A stretch of 64,000 nt of DNA from Verrucomicrobiales bacterium (GTDB lineage Bacteria > Verrucomicrobiota > Verrucomicrobiia > Verrucomicrobiales > V1-33). Position 1 is the first letter of the stretch. Every line of letters starts with the position of its first letter. A program made the translations under genes and the position numbers. The notes below the pieces were generated by a model. That model made no database searches. It was not told the origin of the DNA and saw nothing but the letters and a program-made list of their open reading frames with translations. Shown here piece by piece: positions 9,492 to 18,611 of the stretch. The DNA is taken from contig DASZQB010000053.1 of assembly GCA_035550135.1 (NCBI GenBank), forward strand, positions 17,782-81,781. The letters run 5' to 3'.

Positions 9492-10700
9492 TCACGCGGA
9501 CAGTGTGGTCGTCAGCAATTTTTCGAACCGGTCTCCAATCGTGGTGATGTTGAACTGCTGTTCGGCATAATCGCGGGCGCGGGATGCCATCTCCCTGGCG
9601 GTTTGCTGATCAGTCATGAGGCGCCGGGCCGCGTGGAGAAACTCCTCCGTGCCGGAGGGCGGCACAGTTAATCCCGCCTGGTTCTCCTGAATGATCCGCG
9701 CCGCAAGGTTCACGGCAGGCACGGCGAGCAGCAGCGGGCGCGCGGCGCAAAGATAAGTGAGCACTTTGCTGGGAACGGAAAAAACACCGGCGTCCTCCTC
9801 CAGTACCGCCACCAGAACATCGCCCGATGCCAGAACCTGCGGGAGCACGCTGAAGGGTTGATAGGGCAGGATGCGAAGATTTGTCAGGCCGTGCTCCTTC
9901 ACGCGCGTAAGAAGCCATTCGGCGCCGATTCCTTCGCTGATCACCACGACTTCCGTTTGAGGATGTTCACGGCACTGAATCGCAAGTTGCAGCAGCAGGT
10001 CCGGATTGTGCTTCATCCCCAGCGTGCCGGTGTAAAGAAACACAAAACGGTCGTGAATATGATGTCCGCGCGACCACTCATTATCTTTGGGCAGCACCGG
10101 AAGAGTTTCGACAGGCGCCCAGTTTGGAATGACACTAGCTTTTTCCGGGGACACTTCGAATTCCTTTTCCATGATAGGAACAAAGTCCGCGGTGATGGCC
10201 ACGATGTGATCGCTGCCCTGCAACTGCCGGCGCTCCAGCCATCGATAGTATTTTCCAATCAACGCCCCGAGGATGGGAATCTTCTTTCTCACCAGTTTAT
10301 CCACAGCGATGCTGTAAAAATCCTGATGCCACATTAAAAACCGCGCGCCGCATTTCTTCGCGACTGCGAGAGCAGACTGCTGAGCTTCAGTGGGAGTATT
10401 GGAGGAGAGTACAGCATCGGGCTTCCACGAGGCGATGAGACCAGCCAGGATGCGCCCATAAGCGATCTCCATGCTGCGGCGGCGCCGGAAGGAGTATTTG
10501 TGTTTGGCGTAGTCCGCGTCCATGGCCACTTCCTGTATAGAGAAACCCGGCGGGTCGTCATCGCGCCGCACCAGTTCTCCCCGGGGTGTTTGGAGTTCTC
10601 CCGCAAATGCGTGCAGTACCGTGTGCCCGCGGCGGGCAAGTTCGCGGCTGAGCTGGATTTGAAAAGGATGCCCGGCGTAATCGTGAATGAGCAAACGCAT
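9492..10700 (-). CDS. Glycosyltransferase family 4 (WcaI/WbuB-like, GT-B fold)
   Basis: MRLLIHDYAGHPFQIQLSRELARRGHTV N-terminus and a C-terminal GT1 domain (FLYTGTLGMKHNPDLL ... PSKVLTYLCAARPLL). I prefer the internal Met (10700) over the ORF-track start at 10769. Confidence 0.8.
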   Translation of the reverse strand: MRLLIHDYAGHPFQIQLSRELARRGHTVLHAFAGELQTPRGELVRRDDDPPGFSIQEVAMDADYAKHKYSFRRRRSMEIAYGRILAGLIASWKPDAVLSSNTPTEAQQSALAVAKKCGARFLMWHQDFYSIAVDKLVRKKIPILGALIGKYYRWLERRQLQGSDHIVAITADFVPIMEKEFEVSPEKASVIPNWAPVETLPVLPKDNEWSRGHHIHDRFVFLYTGTLGMKHNPDLLLQLAIQCREHPQTEVVVISEGIGAEWLLTRVKEHGLTNLRILPYQPFSVLPQVLASGDVLVAVLEEDAGVFSVPSKVLTYLCAARPLLLAVPAVNLAARIIQENQAGLTVPPSGTEEFLHAARRLMTDQQTAREMASRARDYAEQQFNITTIGDRFEKLLTTTLSA

Positions 10701-10908
10701 GTATTGACGGTGTAATGGCGTCGGCCTGTAGAGGCGGCGCAGACGCTCTGCAACGGAATGCTGCCCCATTCATGCTTGCAGCGGGTGGCAGGCCGCGGGA
10801 GGATTTATGTTACGCATCCGCTCGAAAAAGAAGGGCATCTGCGGGAGACCCGCTATCGTATTCCCTTCATCCTTACCTTGCTTGCAATATCCAGAATTGA
10901 TACCCGTG

Positions 10909-11472
10909 ATGGTGCTTCCCAGGTGCAGTCTTCTGCCCCACGGTCTGCTTCCCTTGTTCATTTTCGAACCGCGTTACCAGGCCATGCTGAGTCACGCGTT
11001 GCAAAACGAACGCCTCTTTTGTGTGGGAATGCGCTCCTGTCATGAAGAGGATGAATCAGACGAAGTGATTCATCACCACAGCACGGCGGCGATGGTAAGG
11101 GCCTGCGTCCATCATGATGATGGCACTTCGCATCTGGTCCTCCAGGGAATGCAGCGCATCCGGTTCACCGGCTGGCACCAGCGCACTCCGTTTCGCATGG
11201 CGAAGTTTGAAGTTCTAAAAACCGTGGTCTCCGAACCTGGCGGCATCCCCGAACTTCACCGGAAAGTGATGGAACACGTTTGCCGAAGGGTTTCCGGAGT
11301 GGATGGAGGCGTGCTCAAAAAGAAGATGCAGGGTATCTGCGACCCGGAAATTTTCGCCGACTTTGCGGCCGCCAATTTCCTGCCGGATCACTCACACCGG
11401 CACAAGCTTTTGGGCATGTGCGACCTCAATGAGCGTTTTCGTTATCTGGCGGAAATGCTGGAGCCTGCCTGA
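10909..11472 (+). CDS. LON N-terminal (substrate-binding) domain protein, stand-alone
   Basis: LLPLFIFEPRYQAMLSHALQNERLFCV is the hallmark start of the LON_substr_bdg domain. Start moved to the internal ATG at 10909. Confidence 0.7.
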   Translation: MVLPRCSLLPHGLLPLFIFEPRYQAMLSHALQNERLFCVGMRSCHEEDESDEVIHHHSTAAMVRACVHHDDGTSHLVLQGMQRIRFTGWHQRTPFRMAKFEVLKTVVSEPGGIPELHRKVMEHVCRRVSGVDGGVLKKKMQGICDPEIFADFAAANFLPDHSHRHKLLGMCDLNERFRYLAEMLEPA

Positions 11473-11491
11473 CAAACGGCGTTTGAGGCTG

Positions 11492-12436
11492 CTAGGCGCG
11501 CGGATGAGCCGCCTCGTACACTTTCTTCATCCTCGCCACGGAAACGTGAGTGTAGATTTGCGTTGTGGAAAGACTGGCGTGCCCCAGCAGTTCCTGCACG
11601 CTGCGAAGGTCCGCTCCGTTGTTCAGCAGGTGAGTGGCAAAACTGTGGCGGAGTTTGTGGGGTGTCACGTGCAATTGAATCGACGAATGCCGCAGATATT
11701 TCTCCAGGACATCGCTGACCGCCTGCGTGGTGATGCGGCTGCGGCGCTTGCTTAAGAAAAGAGGACCGGAATGCACCCCGGCGGCATGGCGGTACCGCTG
11801 CACCGCCTTCGTGGCGTGGGAGCCGAGCTGGGCAAGGCGTTCCTTGCGCCCTTTGCCGCGGACATTGATCGTGTCGTTGTAAATGTCAATGTGCTCCACG
11901 TCGATGGCGACCAGTTCGTGAATACGCAGGCCGGTGCTGTAAAAGGTCTCCAGAATCGCCGCATCACGGGCAGGTCCCCACTCAGGAGCCTGTTTCTCTT
12001 TCGGCAGACGGAGAGGCAGTTCCAGAAGTTCCTCGACCTGCTTTAAAGTTAAAACCACCGGCAGCTTCCTCTCCGGCTTTGGCATTTGGACGTCGAGCAA
12101 CGGGTTGGCCTCAAGACCCTGGCGGCGCATGAGATAGCGGAAGAAACTGCGCAGTGCGCTGATGTGCAGCCTTATGGTCGCCCTTCCCATTTCACGCTTC
12201 ATCAAGAGGAAGAGCCACGCGCGAAAATCGTCGGCGCGGCAATCCTTCCATGCGGTGAAGCCGGCGCAATCCTCCCGAAAACGGCGCAGGGAATGCGCGT
12301 AGTTTTGCAGGGTCAGCGGCGAAGCATTTTTTTCCGCCTCAAGGAACTCCATAAACGCCTTCGCCAGCGGATCCTCCTCAAGGGCGGGCGGCGGTGTGGT
12401 TCTCTTTCGAAGGTCTTTCTTCGGTCGGGGGGGCAT
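11492..12436 (-). CDS. Tyrosine site-specific recombinase, XerC/XerD type
   Basis: Catalytic region HKLRHSFATHLLNNGADLRSVQELLGHASLSTTQIYTHV (R..H..R/H..Y) and SAM-like N-domain FLEAEKNASPLTLQNY. Confidence 0.9.
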   Translation of the reverse strand: MPPRPKKDLRKRTTPPPALEEDPLAKAFMEFLEAEKNASPLTLQNYAHSLRRFREDCAGFTAWKDCRADDFRAWLFLLMKREMGRATIRLHISALRSFFRYLMRRQGLEANPLLDVQMPKPERKLPVVLTLKQVEELLELPLRLPKEKQAPEWGPARDAAILETFYSTGLRIHELVAIDVEHIDIYNDTINVRGKGRKERLAQLGSHATKAVQRYRHAAGVHSGPLFLSKRRSRITTQAVSDVLEKYLRHSSIQLHVTPHKLRHSFATHLLNNGADLRSVQELLGHASLSTTQIYTHVSVARMKKVYEAAHPRA

Positions 12437-12493
12437 GCAATTTCAACATGCGGTCTCCCGCCGGCTTTGCCAGAGAAGAGTATCTGAGAATGC

Positions 12494-12910
12494 CTACCAG
12501 CCTCCAAAAATGGCCGCCGCCGTCGCCGGCTCTTTGGCAGCGGGGTTGAGACGGTTCTTCATCCGTTCGTGAAGGGACTCAAAGCGTTTCTGTTGCGTCG
12601 CGTCGAGAAAACCGAAGGCGCTCGTTCGAACAGACTCCATGGCTGCCATGACTTTGTTGCGGCGTTCGTTTTCGGCGGCGGCGATTGCGGGTTGCACGCC
12701 TTTGAGAACCTCGCGCAACCGGTCTTTCTGCTGAGGTGTCAGTTTCACTTCACCGGAAATCTTCTCCAGCGCCCTGTCGGTTAGGGAAGCGGCTCCCATG
12801 CGCTGCATATTGAGCAGCTTTTCACGCTCCAGTCTCATGCCAAACATGACGCCTGACACGGCGCCAAGAACGAAAACGGCAACAATCGTAAGGCGGGTGA
12901 TCCATTTCAT
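12494..12910 (-). CDS. Periplasmic LTXXQ-motif protein (Spy/CpxP-like chaperone / stress sensor)
   Basis: Signal anchor MKWITRLTIVAVFVLGAVSG. KLTPQQKDRL is an exact LTXXQ motif, with a second degenerate copy (DATQQKRF). Helical, K/R/E-rich. Last gene of the ECF sigma operon. Confidence 0.6.
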   Translation of the reverse strand: MKWITRLTIVAVFVLGAVSGVMFGMRLEREKLLNMQRMGAASLTDRALEKISGEVKLTPQQKDRLREVLKGVQPAIAAAENERRNKVMAAMESVRTSAFGFLDATQQKRFESLHERMKNRLNPAAKEPATAAAIFGGW

Positions 12911-12920
12911 AAGCCTGCGG

Positions 12921-13226
12921 TTAGTTGAAAAGTTGAAGGTCCCACGCTGCGGCATTGTCGGTCCACCAGGCCGCGAGAATATCTTCGGACTCAATGGCCT
13001 CGCGTCCGGCGAGCACCAGGAAAGCGATGATGCCGGTGACGGTGGCCAGTCCCGCCGCCGTGCGGAACCAGGTTTGAAAACGATGGGCCGGTCCAAAGTC
13101 CTGCCGCGTTTCCTTCACCACGGCCTGCATCCGCGTTTCAAAAAACAACTCGGAGCGCGAGGTATCCAGCCGCTTTTGAGCGCGGCGGGCTCCGGCGAGA
13201 ATGTCATTGAGTTCGTTATCTTGCAT
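12921..13226 (-). CDS. Small single-pass membrane protein, candidate anti-sigma factor
   Basis: 101 aa. Starts 12 nt after the ECF sigma stop. One TM (AAGLATVTGIIAFLVLAG). The call rests on position only. Confidence 0.45.
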   Translation of the reverse strand: MQDNELNDILAGARRAQKRLDTSRSELFFETRMQAVVKETRQDFGPAHRFQTWFRTAAGLATVTGIIAFLVLAGREAIESEDILAAWWTDNAAAWDLQLFN

Positions 13227-13238
13227 GGTGGGAAAAAG

Positions 13239-13817
13239 TTATTCCGGCAGACCGTCGCGGCGGATTTGTTCAATGGCATTGCGAAGACTTGCCCGGGCCC
13301 GATGGGCGCGGACTTTGACATTGCCTTCACTCCAGCCGGTAAGGCCGGAAATTTCGCGGACGGTGCGGTCTTCGAGTTCGAGGAGGGTAAGGATGAGTTG
13401 TTCTTTCGGATGGAGGCGGGTTAATGCCTGACGCACGAGGCGCAACGCCTGGTTTTCGGCGACTTCCTCGACCGGGGCTTCGAGATCGAGCCCGCAGTGG
13501 TCCGGAAGCGTGTCGCGTGAGACCTCAGTTTCCCGGCGGCGGCGGTGGCGGCGCAGAAAATCAAAGCACGTGCGCACCGCGATTTTCGTCAGCCAGTGCT
13601 CGAAGGGAGCCCGGCCTTTCCACGAAGTCATTCCCCGCCACACTCGAATGAAAATGTCCTGGGCGAGGTCCTCCAGTTCATGGTGATTGCGCGCGTACTT
13701 TGCCGCCATGCCAAAGACCCGGCCCTTATGCCTCGCAATGATCTCGGCAAAGGCGTCGGCATTACCGGCGCAGGCGGCCTGCACCAGATGGTCGTCGGCA
13801 TTCACGGCGGGGTTCAT
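13239..13817 (-). CDS. ECF (group IV) RNA polymerase sigma-70 factor
   Basis: Region 2 (FAEIIARHKGRVFGMAAKYARNHHELEDLAQDIFIRVW) and region 4 HTH (ELEDRTVREISGLTGWSEGNVKVRAHRAR). Start set at MNPAVNADD (13817), not the ORF-track 13952. Confidence 0.85.
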   Translation of the reverse strand: MNPAVNADDHLVQAACAGNADAFAEIIARHKGRVFGMAAKYARNHHELEDLAQDIFIRVWRGMTSWKGRAPFEHWLTKIAVRTCFDFLRRHRRRRETEVSRDTLPDHCGLDLEAPVEEVAENQALRLVRQALTRLHPKEQLILTLLELEDRTVREISGLTGWSEGNVKVRAHRARASLRNAIEQIRRDGLPE

Positions 13818-14083
13818 GGAGGCGCGACGGCGTCCCGTCGAGGGGATTCCTGACGGCAATGGCGGACCCATGGCGATGGCAAGGAGCATGGAAAATGCGG
13901 TGTCTTTCCCCCTCAGGACGGGCTCAGGGGCGGGAAAGGTTACGGAAAACACCCCCTTCCAGCCCCCGGAGAGCCTGAATCGTAATGTTATCGTAAAGTT
14001 TGTCCCGTGTTTCGCGGTGCGGAAGAAATCCCCCTGAGCGCCCTGTCCTCCCCTTCGGACGGCTTCAACCGGCTCGCCTCAAC

Positions 14084-15436
14084 ATGAAGACACCCATTCC
14101 TGCCTCCCGCCAGAGGGGGCTGAGACTCCTTTGCCGTGTGGTCATGGCCGCTTTTGCCCTGCTTCCGGGGGGTGCGGCGCACGCGGAGATCAAGTACGTC
14201 CTGCATATTACGATCGATGGTCTCCGCGGCGACCTTTTGCGGAATGCCATTGCGGCCGCGCCGGACAGCTACCCCGGGTTTCGAAAGCTCATCACGGAGG
14301 GGGCATCCACGTTCAATGCCCGCTGCGATTTTGATTACTCCGAAACGATTCCCAACCACACCGGAGTGGTCACGGGCCGTCCGGTGGTAAACCCTCCAGG
14401 GCAAACCGGAGTGGCCCACGGTTACACGTCGAACGGCTACAGCGGCAATGCCACTACGGGAGACAGCGTGCATAAACTCGGCAGCGCCGCTTACGAATAT
14501 AAGTTCAGCAGCTTCGACATGGCGCATGACCGGGGGCTCTCCACGGCTGTCTATGGAGGCAAGACGCGATTCAACCTGTACGTCCACAGTTATAATGCGA
14601 CTAAAGGAGCGCCAGATCTGGTGGGCGTGGACAATGGGAAGAATAAAATTGATTTCGCCACCGTTGCGGACCTCACCACCGCCGCCAACCTCGCTAACAT
14701 CAAAACAGCCGTGGTGGCTGATATCACGGCGGGGACGCTCCGGAATTACAACCTGGTGCATTTCACGGACACGGACACCGGCCAGCCCGGCGGCGGACAC
14801 AACGTGGGCTGGGAGTCTGCTGCGTGGCAGGCGGCCACCGTGACGGAGGACGGTTACCTGAATGCCATCTTCACGGCTCTTTCCACCGCAGGGCCCGGCA
14901 TTCAGGGAAAGGTGGCCATCGTGCTCAGCGCGGATCACGGCGGCGGAGGCGGCGGTGCGGGACCCGGGGCCACCGCGGACCGGAATCATGGCGATGCCTC
15001 CAGCGTTAAGAATTACACGATTCCACTGTTCATTTGGGGTCCTGGTATTCCTCCGGGAGTTAATACCTACTCACTCTTCAAGAACCGCTTCGATCCCGAC
15101 GCTGGCCGGCCCAACGGAGCCAGTGTCTATCCTCAGCCGCTGCGGAATACCGATACAGGAAACATCGCCATGATTCTTCTGGGGCTGCCTCCCATTACGG
15201 GCTCCTATTTCAAACCAGAGCCGGCAGGAATGCCTTCACTCACAATCCAGGACGAAGCGCTCCTTCTTCACTGGCCGAAGTACATGACCGGTTACATTCC
15301 GGAGTCCACCGATTCGCTCAGTTCCGGCTCATGGGTGCCGAAGCCTGGCAACATTGTTGAGACGGAGACGGAGTTCCAAACCACCATCCCGGGCAAGCTG
15401 GACAAACGGTACTGGCGGCTGCGCGAGCCCCAATAA
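14084..15436 (+). CDS. Secreted nucleotide pyrophosphatase/phosphodiesterase (NPP, alkaline-phosphatase superfamily) with an extra C-terminal approx. 67-aa domain
   Basis: Signal peptide MKTPIPASRQ...GGAAHA. LHITIDGLRGD metal site and ETIPNHTGVVTGRP nucleophile motif (compare TFPNHYSIVTG of NPPs). SADHGG near the end of the core. Confidence 0.75.
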   Translation: MKTPIPASRQRGLRLLCRVVMAAFALLPGGAAHAEIKYVLHITIDGLRGDLLRNAIAAAPDSYPGFRKLITEGASTFNARCDFDYSETIPNHTGVVTGRPVVNPPGQTGVAHGYTSNGYSGNATTGDSVHKLGSAAYEYKFSSFDMAHDRGLSTAVYGGKTRFNLYVHSYNATKGAPDLVGVDNGKNKIDFATVADLTTAANLANIKTAVVADITAGTLRNYNLVHFTDTDTGQPGGGHNVGWESAAWQAATVTEDGYLNAIFTALSTAGPGIQGKVAIVLSADHGGGGGGAGPGATADRNHGDASSVKNYTIPLFIWGPGIPPGVNTYSLFKNRFDPDAGRPNGASVYPQPLRNTDTGNIAMILLGLPPITGSYFKPEPAGMPSLTIQDEALLLHWPKYMTGYIPESTDSLSSGSWVPKPGNIVETETEFQTTIPGKLDKRYWRLREPQ

Positions 15437-15441
15437 CGGAA

Positions 15442-16752
15442 ATGAAACCGGCTCTGGGACTGGCGCTGTTTTGCCTGGCGGGAATCATCGCCGCCCTCTG
15501 CGTTAAGCGACCTCCATCTCCGGAGGAGGCGGCTGCGCTTCCGGAACCCGCAAAGCGGAACGCTGCGCTTCCGATTACGGCAGAACAATTGGTGAGGGAG
15601 GTGGAAACGGTGCGCGGTTTGCAGTTCCGCAAGCCTCCGGTGTTGATTGCTGTGTCCGCCGCAGAATTGGAGAAAATGATCCGCGACGGATGGAATCGCA
15701 GATTTTCCGCCACGAAGGCCGAAGGCTGGGTCCGCTTGGCTATTGCCCTGGGCCTAACGCGCGAACCTTTTGATCTCCGTGCCTCGCTTTCCGGTTTCGA
15801 TATGGAGCAACCGGTGGCATGGTACGATGATGTGGCTTGCCGACTCTATTTTGACAAGGCGCTGAACTTTTCAACGAGGCCTGACCTGCGGTCGCGGATG
15901 GTATTCGAAATCGCCCGCGCACTCGCGCTTCAGAACGCCATAACTCCGTTCCGGGCAGGGCAGGGGAGTGAAGATGCCTGGCTCGCCGCTGAAAATCTAA
16001 CACAGGGGGAAGCGGTGGTTATCCAGACACGTCACAGTCTCATGTTTCCGGGAGAAATCGGGAACGCGGAACCTGTACCGGCAGTGGTGCCTTATTATGC
16101 TGCGCCGCCATTTCTTCGTTCGTGGTATTTGTTCCCATCCGGTATGGCGCAGATTTTCCAGGCGGGACTGATAAGCTCCGCGCGGCAAGGCAAAGGGATG
16201 TCCGCCGTTCTCGATGACATTCTGGCAAAGCCGCCGGGGACCACTTCCGAAATCATGCATCCGGAGCATTACGGCGCTCCTTTTGTTCCGGAGATGGTTG
16301 CGTTGCCAGATACGGCGATGTCAGGAACCGGCCCCATGGTGGACACGGTGCTTGGAGAATACATGACCCTGCTCGTCTTGAAATCCCAGCTTGCGCAGGA
16401 TGAATCGCGGTCCGCCTCGGAAGGCTGGCACGGAGACCGCTGCCTCGTGTACTCCGGCAGTGGCAGCGGGGAAAATCGCGACCATCTGCTTTGGAAGAGC
16501 CGATGGACGAGTGAGCAGGACGCGAAAGAATTCTTCACGGCTATTCGAAAGGTACTGCTGTTTCGAAATGCGCTTCTTCCGCAAGCCTCCTATGAGAGTG
16601 ACGGCGCCTTCAAGGCGGATGAGCCAGTGGTCAGCCTTCGCGTTAGACTCACGGCGGATAATCGCGGCGTGGTGGTCATCAGTTCTCCTGACAAGACATT
16701 TGCAGAGGTGCTGGACCGCATGGAGAAGACTCAGGATCGTCAGCATGGCTGA
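15442..16752 (+). CDS. Membrane-anchored periplasmic protein, resembles a Zn-metalloprotease family but lacks HEXXH
   Basis: N-terminal TM. Starts 5 nt after the NPP stop. VETVRGLQFRKPPV...ALGL...AWYD...MVFEIARALALQN is laid out like a metallopeptidase family I recall with ...VHELTHALQDQ. Confidence 0.55.
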   Translation: MKPALGLALFCLAGIIAALCVKRPPSPEEAAALPEPAKRNAALPITAEQLVREVETVRGLQFRKPPVLIAVSAAELEKMIRDGWNRRFSATKAEGWVRLAIALGLTREPFDLRASLSGFDMEQPVAWYDDVACRLYFDKALNFSTRPDLRSRMVFEIARALALQNAITPFRAGQGSEDAWLAAENLTQGEAVVIQTRHSLMFPGEIGNAEPVPAVVPYYAAPPFLRSWYLFPSGMAQIFQAGLISSARQGKGMSAVLDDILAKPPGTTSEIMHPEHYGAPFVPEMVALPDTAMSGTGPMVDTVLGEYMTLLVLKSQLAQDESRSASEGWHGDRCLVYSGSGSGENRDHLLWKSRWTSEQDAKEFFTAIRKVLLFRNALLPQASYESDGAFKADEPVVSLRVRLTADNRGVVVISSPDKTFAEVLDRMEKTQDRQHG

Positions 16753-17951
16753 CGGAGCGCCAGGCGAACGAACAGCTCCACGCCGGTGGCAATCGCCTCG
16801 TCAGTGAAGTCGAAGGTCGGCGTGTGCAAGCCTGTCAGAGTGCGTCCGTCCGGTGGACGCAGGCCGATCATAAAGAAGCAACTGGGCACATGGCTTGTAT
16901 AGTAGGCGAAGTCTTCGCCTCCCATCACCGGGGCCTCCATGCGATGAACTTTTTCGCGGCCCAGAGTTTCGGCGGCCACTTTTTCAAATGTTTCCACCTG
17001 TGTGGAATCGTTGTGCAAAGCGGGATAAGCCGGGTCCTCCCATTCGACTGAAGCGTGGCAACGGTAGGCCGCCGCGATGCCGTTCATGCACTCTACAAGA
17101 CGAGCGCGCACCAGTTCTCCCTCTTTTGCGTTCAACGTGCGGATCGTGCCCTCCAATTCCACTTCTCCGGGGATGATGTTATTCGTGGTGCCGCCCGTGA
17201 TTCGGGTCACCGAAAGCACCGCCTGGCTTTGAGGATTGATGTTACGGGCCACGATCGTTTGCAGGGAGGTCACCAGGGTGGCGGCGGCGATCACCGGATC
17301 GCTCGTCAGATGAGGGAATGCCGCATGGCCGCCTTTTCCTGTGATGCGGATAGTAAATGAATCACAGGCGGCGGCGACCGGTCCCGGTTTTGACACGACG
17401 TGTCCGAGTGGAAGATCCGGCCAGCCGTGAAGGCCAAAAATTTCGCCCACAGGCGGTCCAAGCACGGAGCCGTCGAGACATCCGTCTTTGATCATAAAAC
17501 TTGCGCCGGCACCCCCCTCCTCCGCGGGCTGAAAGAGGAACGTGACCGGTCGTGGAAGGCGCTCTTTCTGAGCCATTTTCGCCAGCACGCGGGCAGCGCC
17601 CACCAGCACCGTGGTATGTCCATCATGCCCGCAGGCGTGCATAAAACCAGGATTGGCGGAGGCATGGGAAAACGTGTTCAACTCCGCGATGGGCAACGCA
17701 TCCATATCAGCGCGGAGAGCGGTGGCGCGGTCGCCTTCATTACCGCCGGGAATGAAGGCAAGAACGCCGGTTCCTTTGGCGAGCCCCGGACGAAAGGTCA
17801 CTCCGGCATTCGTTAGTTCCTGCTGAACGACTCCGGAGGTTCTCTGTTCCTGGAATTTGATCTCCGGATGGCGGTGAAGATCGTGCCTCAGGCGGATCAG
17901 CGAGGGGAGTTCCCCGGCTACGATGGCGGTAACTTCTTCAGAACGATGCAT
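16740..17951 (-). CDS. M20D family amidohydrolase (N-acyl-amino-acid amidohydrolase / hippurate hydrolase-like)
   Basis: LHRHPEIKFQEQRTS, MHACGHDGHT and QPAEEGGAGA motifs. Start set at MHRSEEV (17951). Confidence 0.9.
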   Translation of the reverse strand: MHRSEEVTAIVAGELPSLIRLRHDLHRHPEIKFQEQRTSGVVQQELTNAGVTFRPGLAKGTGVLAFIPGGNEGDRATALRADMDALPIAELNTFSHASANPGFMHACGHDGHTTVLVGAARVLAKMAQKERLPRPVTFLFQPAEEGGAGASFMIKDGCLDGSVLGPPVGEIFGLHGWPDLPLGHVVSKPGPVAAACDSFTIRITGKGGHAAFPHLTSDPVIAAATLVTSLQTIVARNINPQSQAVLSVTRITGGTTNNIIPGEVELEGTIRTLNAKEGELVRARLVECMNGIAAAYRCHASVEWEDPAYPALHNDSTQVETFEKVAAETLGREKVHRMEAPVMGGEDFAYYTSHVPSCFFMIGLRPPDGRTLTGLHTPTFDFTDEAIATGVELFVRLALRQPC

Positions 17952-18056
17952 TTGATGACTGTGGCCGCTCCCCAGGGGGATTGCAATCTCCGGAATGTTA
18001 TGAATCTTGACCCGCGGGCCAGGGCGGCTACGCTCGGTGCTGAAGGAGACCCTGTC

Positions 18057-18515
18057 ATGTCCGCGTACTACCTCAAAATTTCCGGTGTCAAAGGTTCCAG
18101 CCAGGTTGCCCCTTACAAAGATTGGATCGAAGTCGAATCCTTTTCGACCGGTCACTCACGGGCACCGACGGGAAGGACCAGCGGCGCCGGTGACGCAAAA
18201 GCTCTCCAGGAGATTGTGATAGCCAAGTACGAGGACAGCAGCAGTCCCTCCCTCGTCAGCAAGGCGGCTAAAGGGGATCATCTTGGAAGGGTAATTCTCG
18301 CCAATGCAAAGGCTGACCCGGGAAGCGCCTTTGCTGTGATTGTCATGGAGGATGTCATTGTGAGTTCACTCCAAATGAGTGGTGTAAGCGGGGGAGGCCG
18401 CCCGCTGGAAGCGGTGGGTCTGAATTTCAGAAGTTTGGAGTTCATGTCATGGGCTCAGTATGCTGTGAAGCTCGGAATCGAGGCCACTGTCCAGAAGATA
18501 ACCAACTGGTTTTGA
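18057..18515 (+). CDS. hcp: Hcp family protein (type VI secretion tube / contractile-injection tube homologue), solitary
   Basis: 152 aa. YYLKISGVKGSSQVAPYKDWIEVESFSTG aligns with the Hcp1 N-terminus F.KI.G.KGES.D..H..EI.V.S.SWG. LQEIVIAKYEDSSSPSLVSKAAKG and VIVSSLQMSGVSGGGRPLEAVGLNF match the central and C-terminal Hcp strands. GAAGGAG lies 8 nt upstream of the ATG. Confidence 0.8.
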   Translation: MSAYYLKISGVKGSSQVAPYKDWIEVESFSTGHSRAPTGRTSGAGDAKALQEIVIAKYEDSSSPSLVSKAAKGDHLGRVILANAKADPGSAFAVIVMEDVIVSSLQMSGVSGGGRPLEAVGLNFRSLEFMSWAQYAVKLGIEATVQKITNWF

Positions 18516-18611
18516 GCCACGGAACCGGGAAATCGGCGGAGAGATTCCGAATTTTGGTAACTGGGGGGAACGGGAAGCGAATAACACGTCGTAGCAAACA
18601 CTGACAAACCT

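Noticed and set aside
11492-12436. Tyrosine recombinase as a marker of an integrated mobile element
   Set aside because: The sequence has the full XerC/XerD-type architecture. The neighbours are ordinary housekeeping or stress genes. I saw no flanking direct repeats, tRNA target, phage genes or transposase genes.
13988-14989. 333-aa minus-strand ORF
   Set aside because: It is antisense to the NPP phosphodiesterase gene, which has clear catalytic motifs. The composition is R/G/H/P-rich, typical of GC-rich shadow frames.
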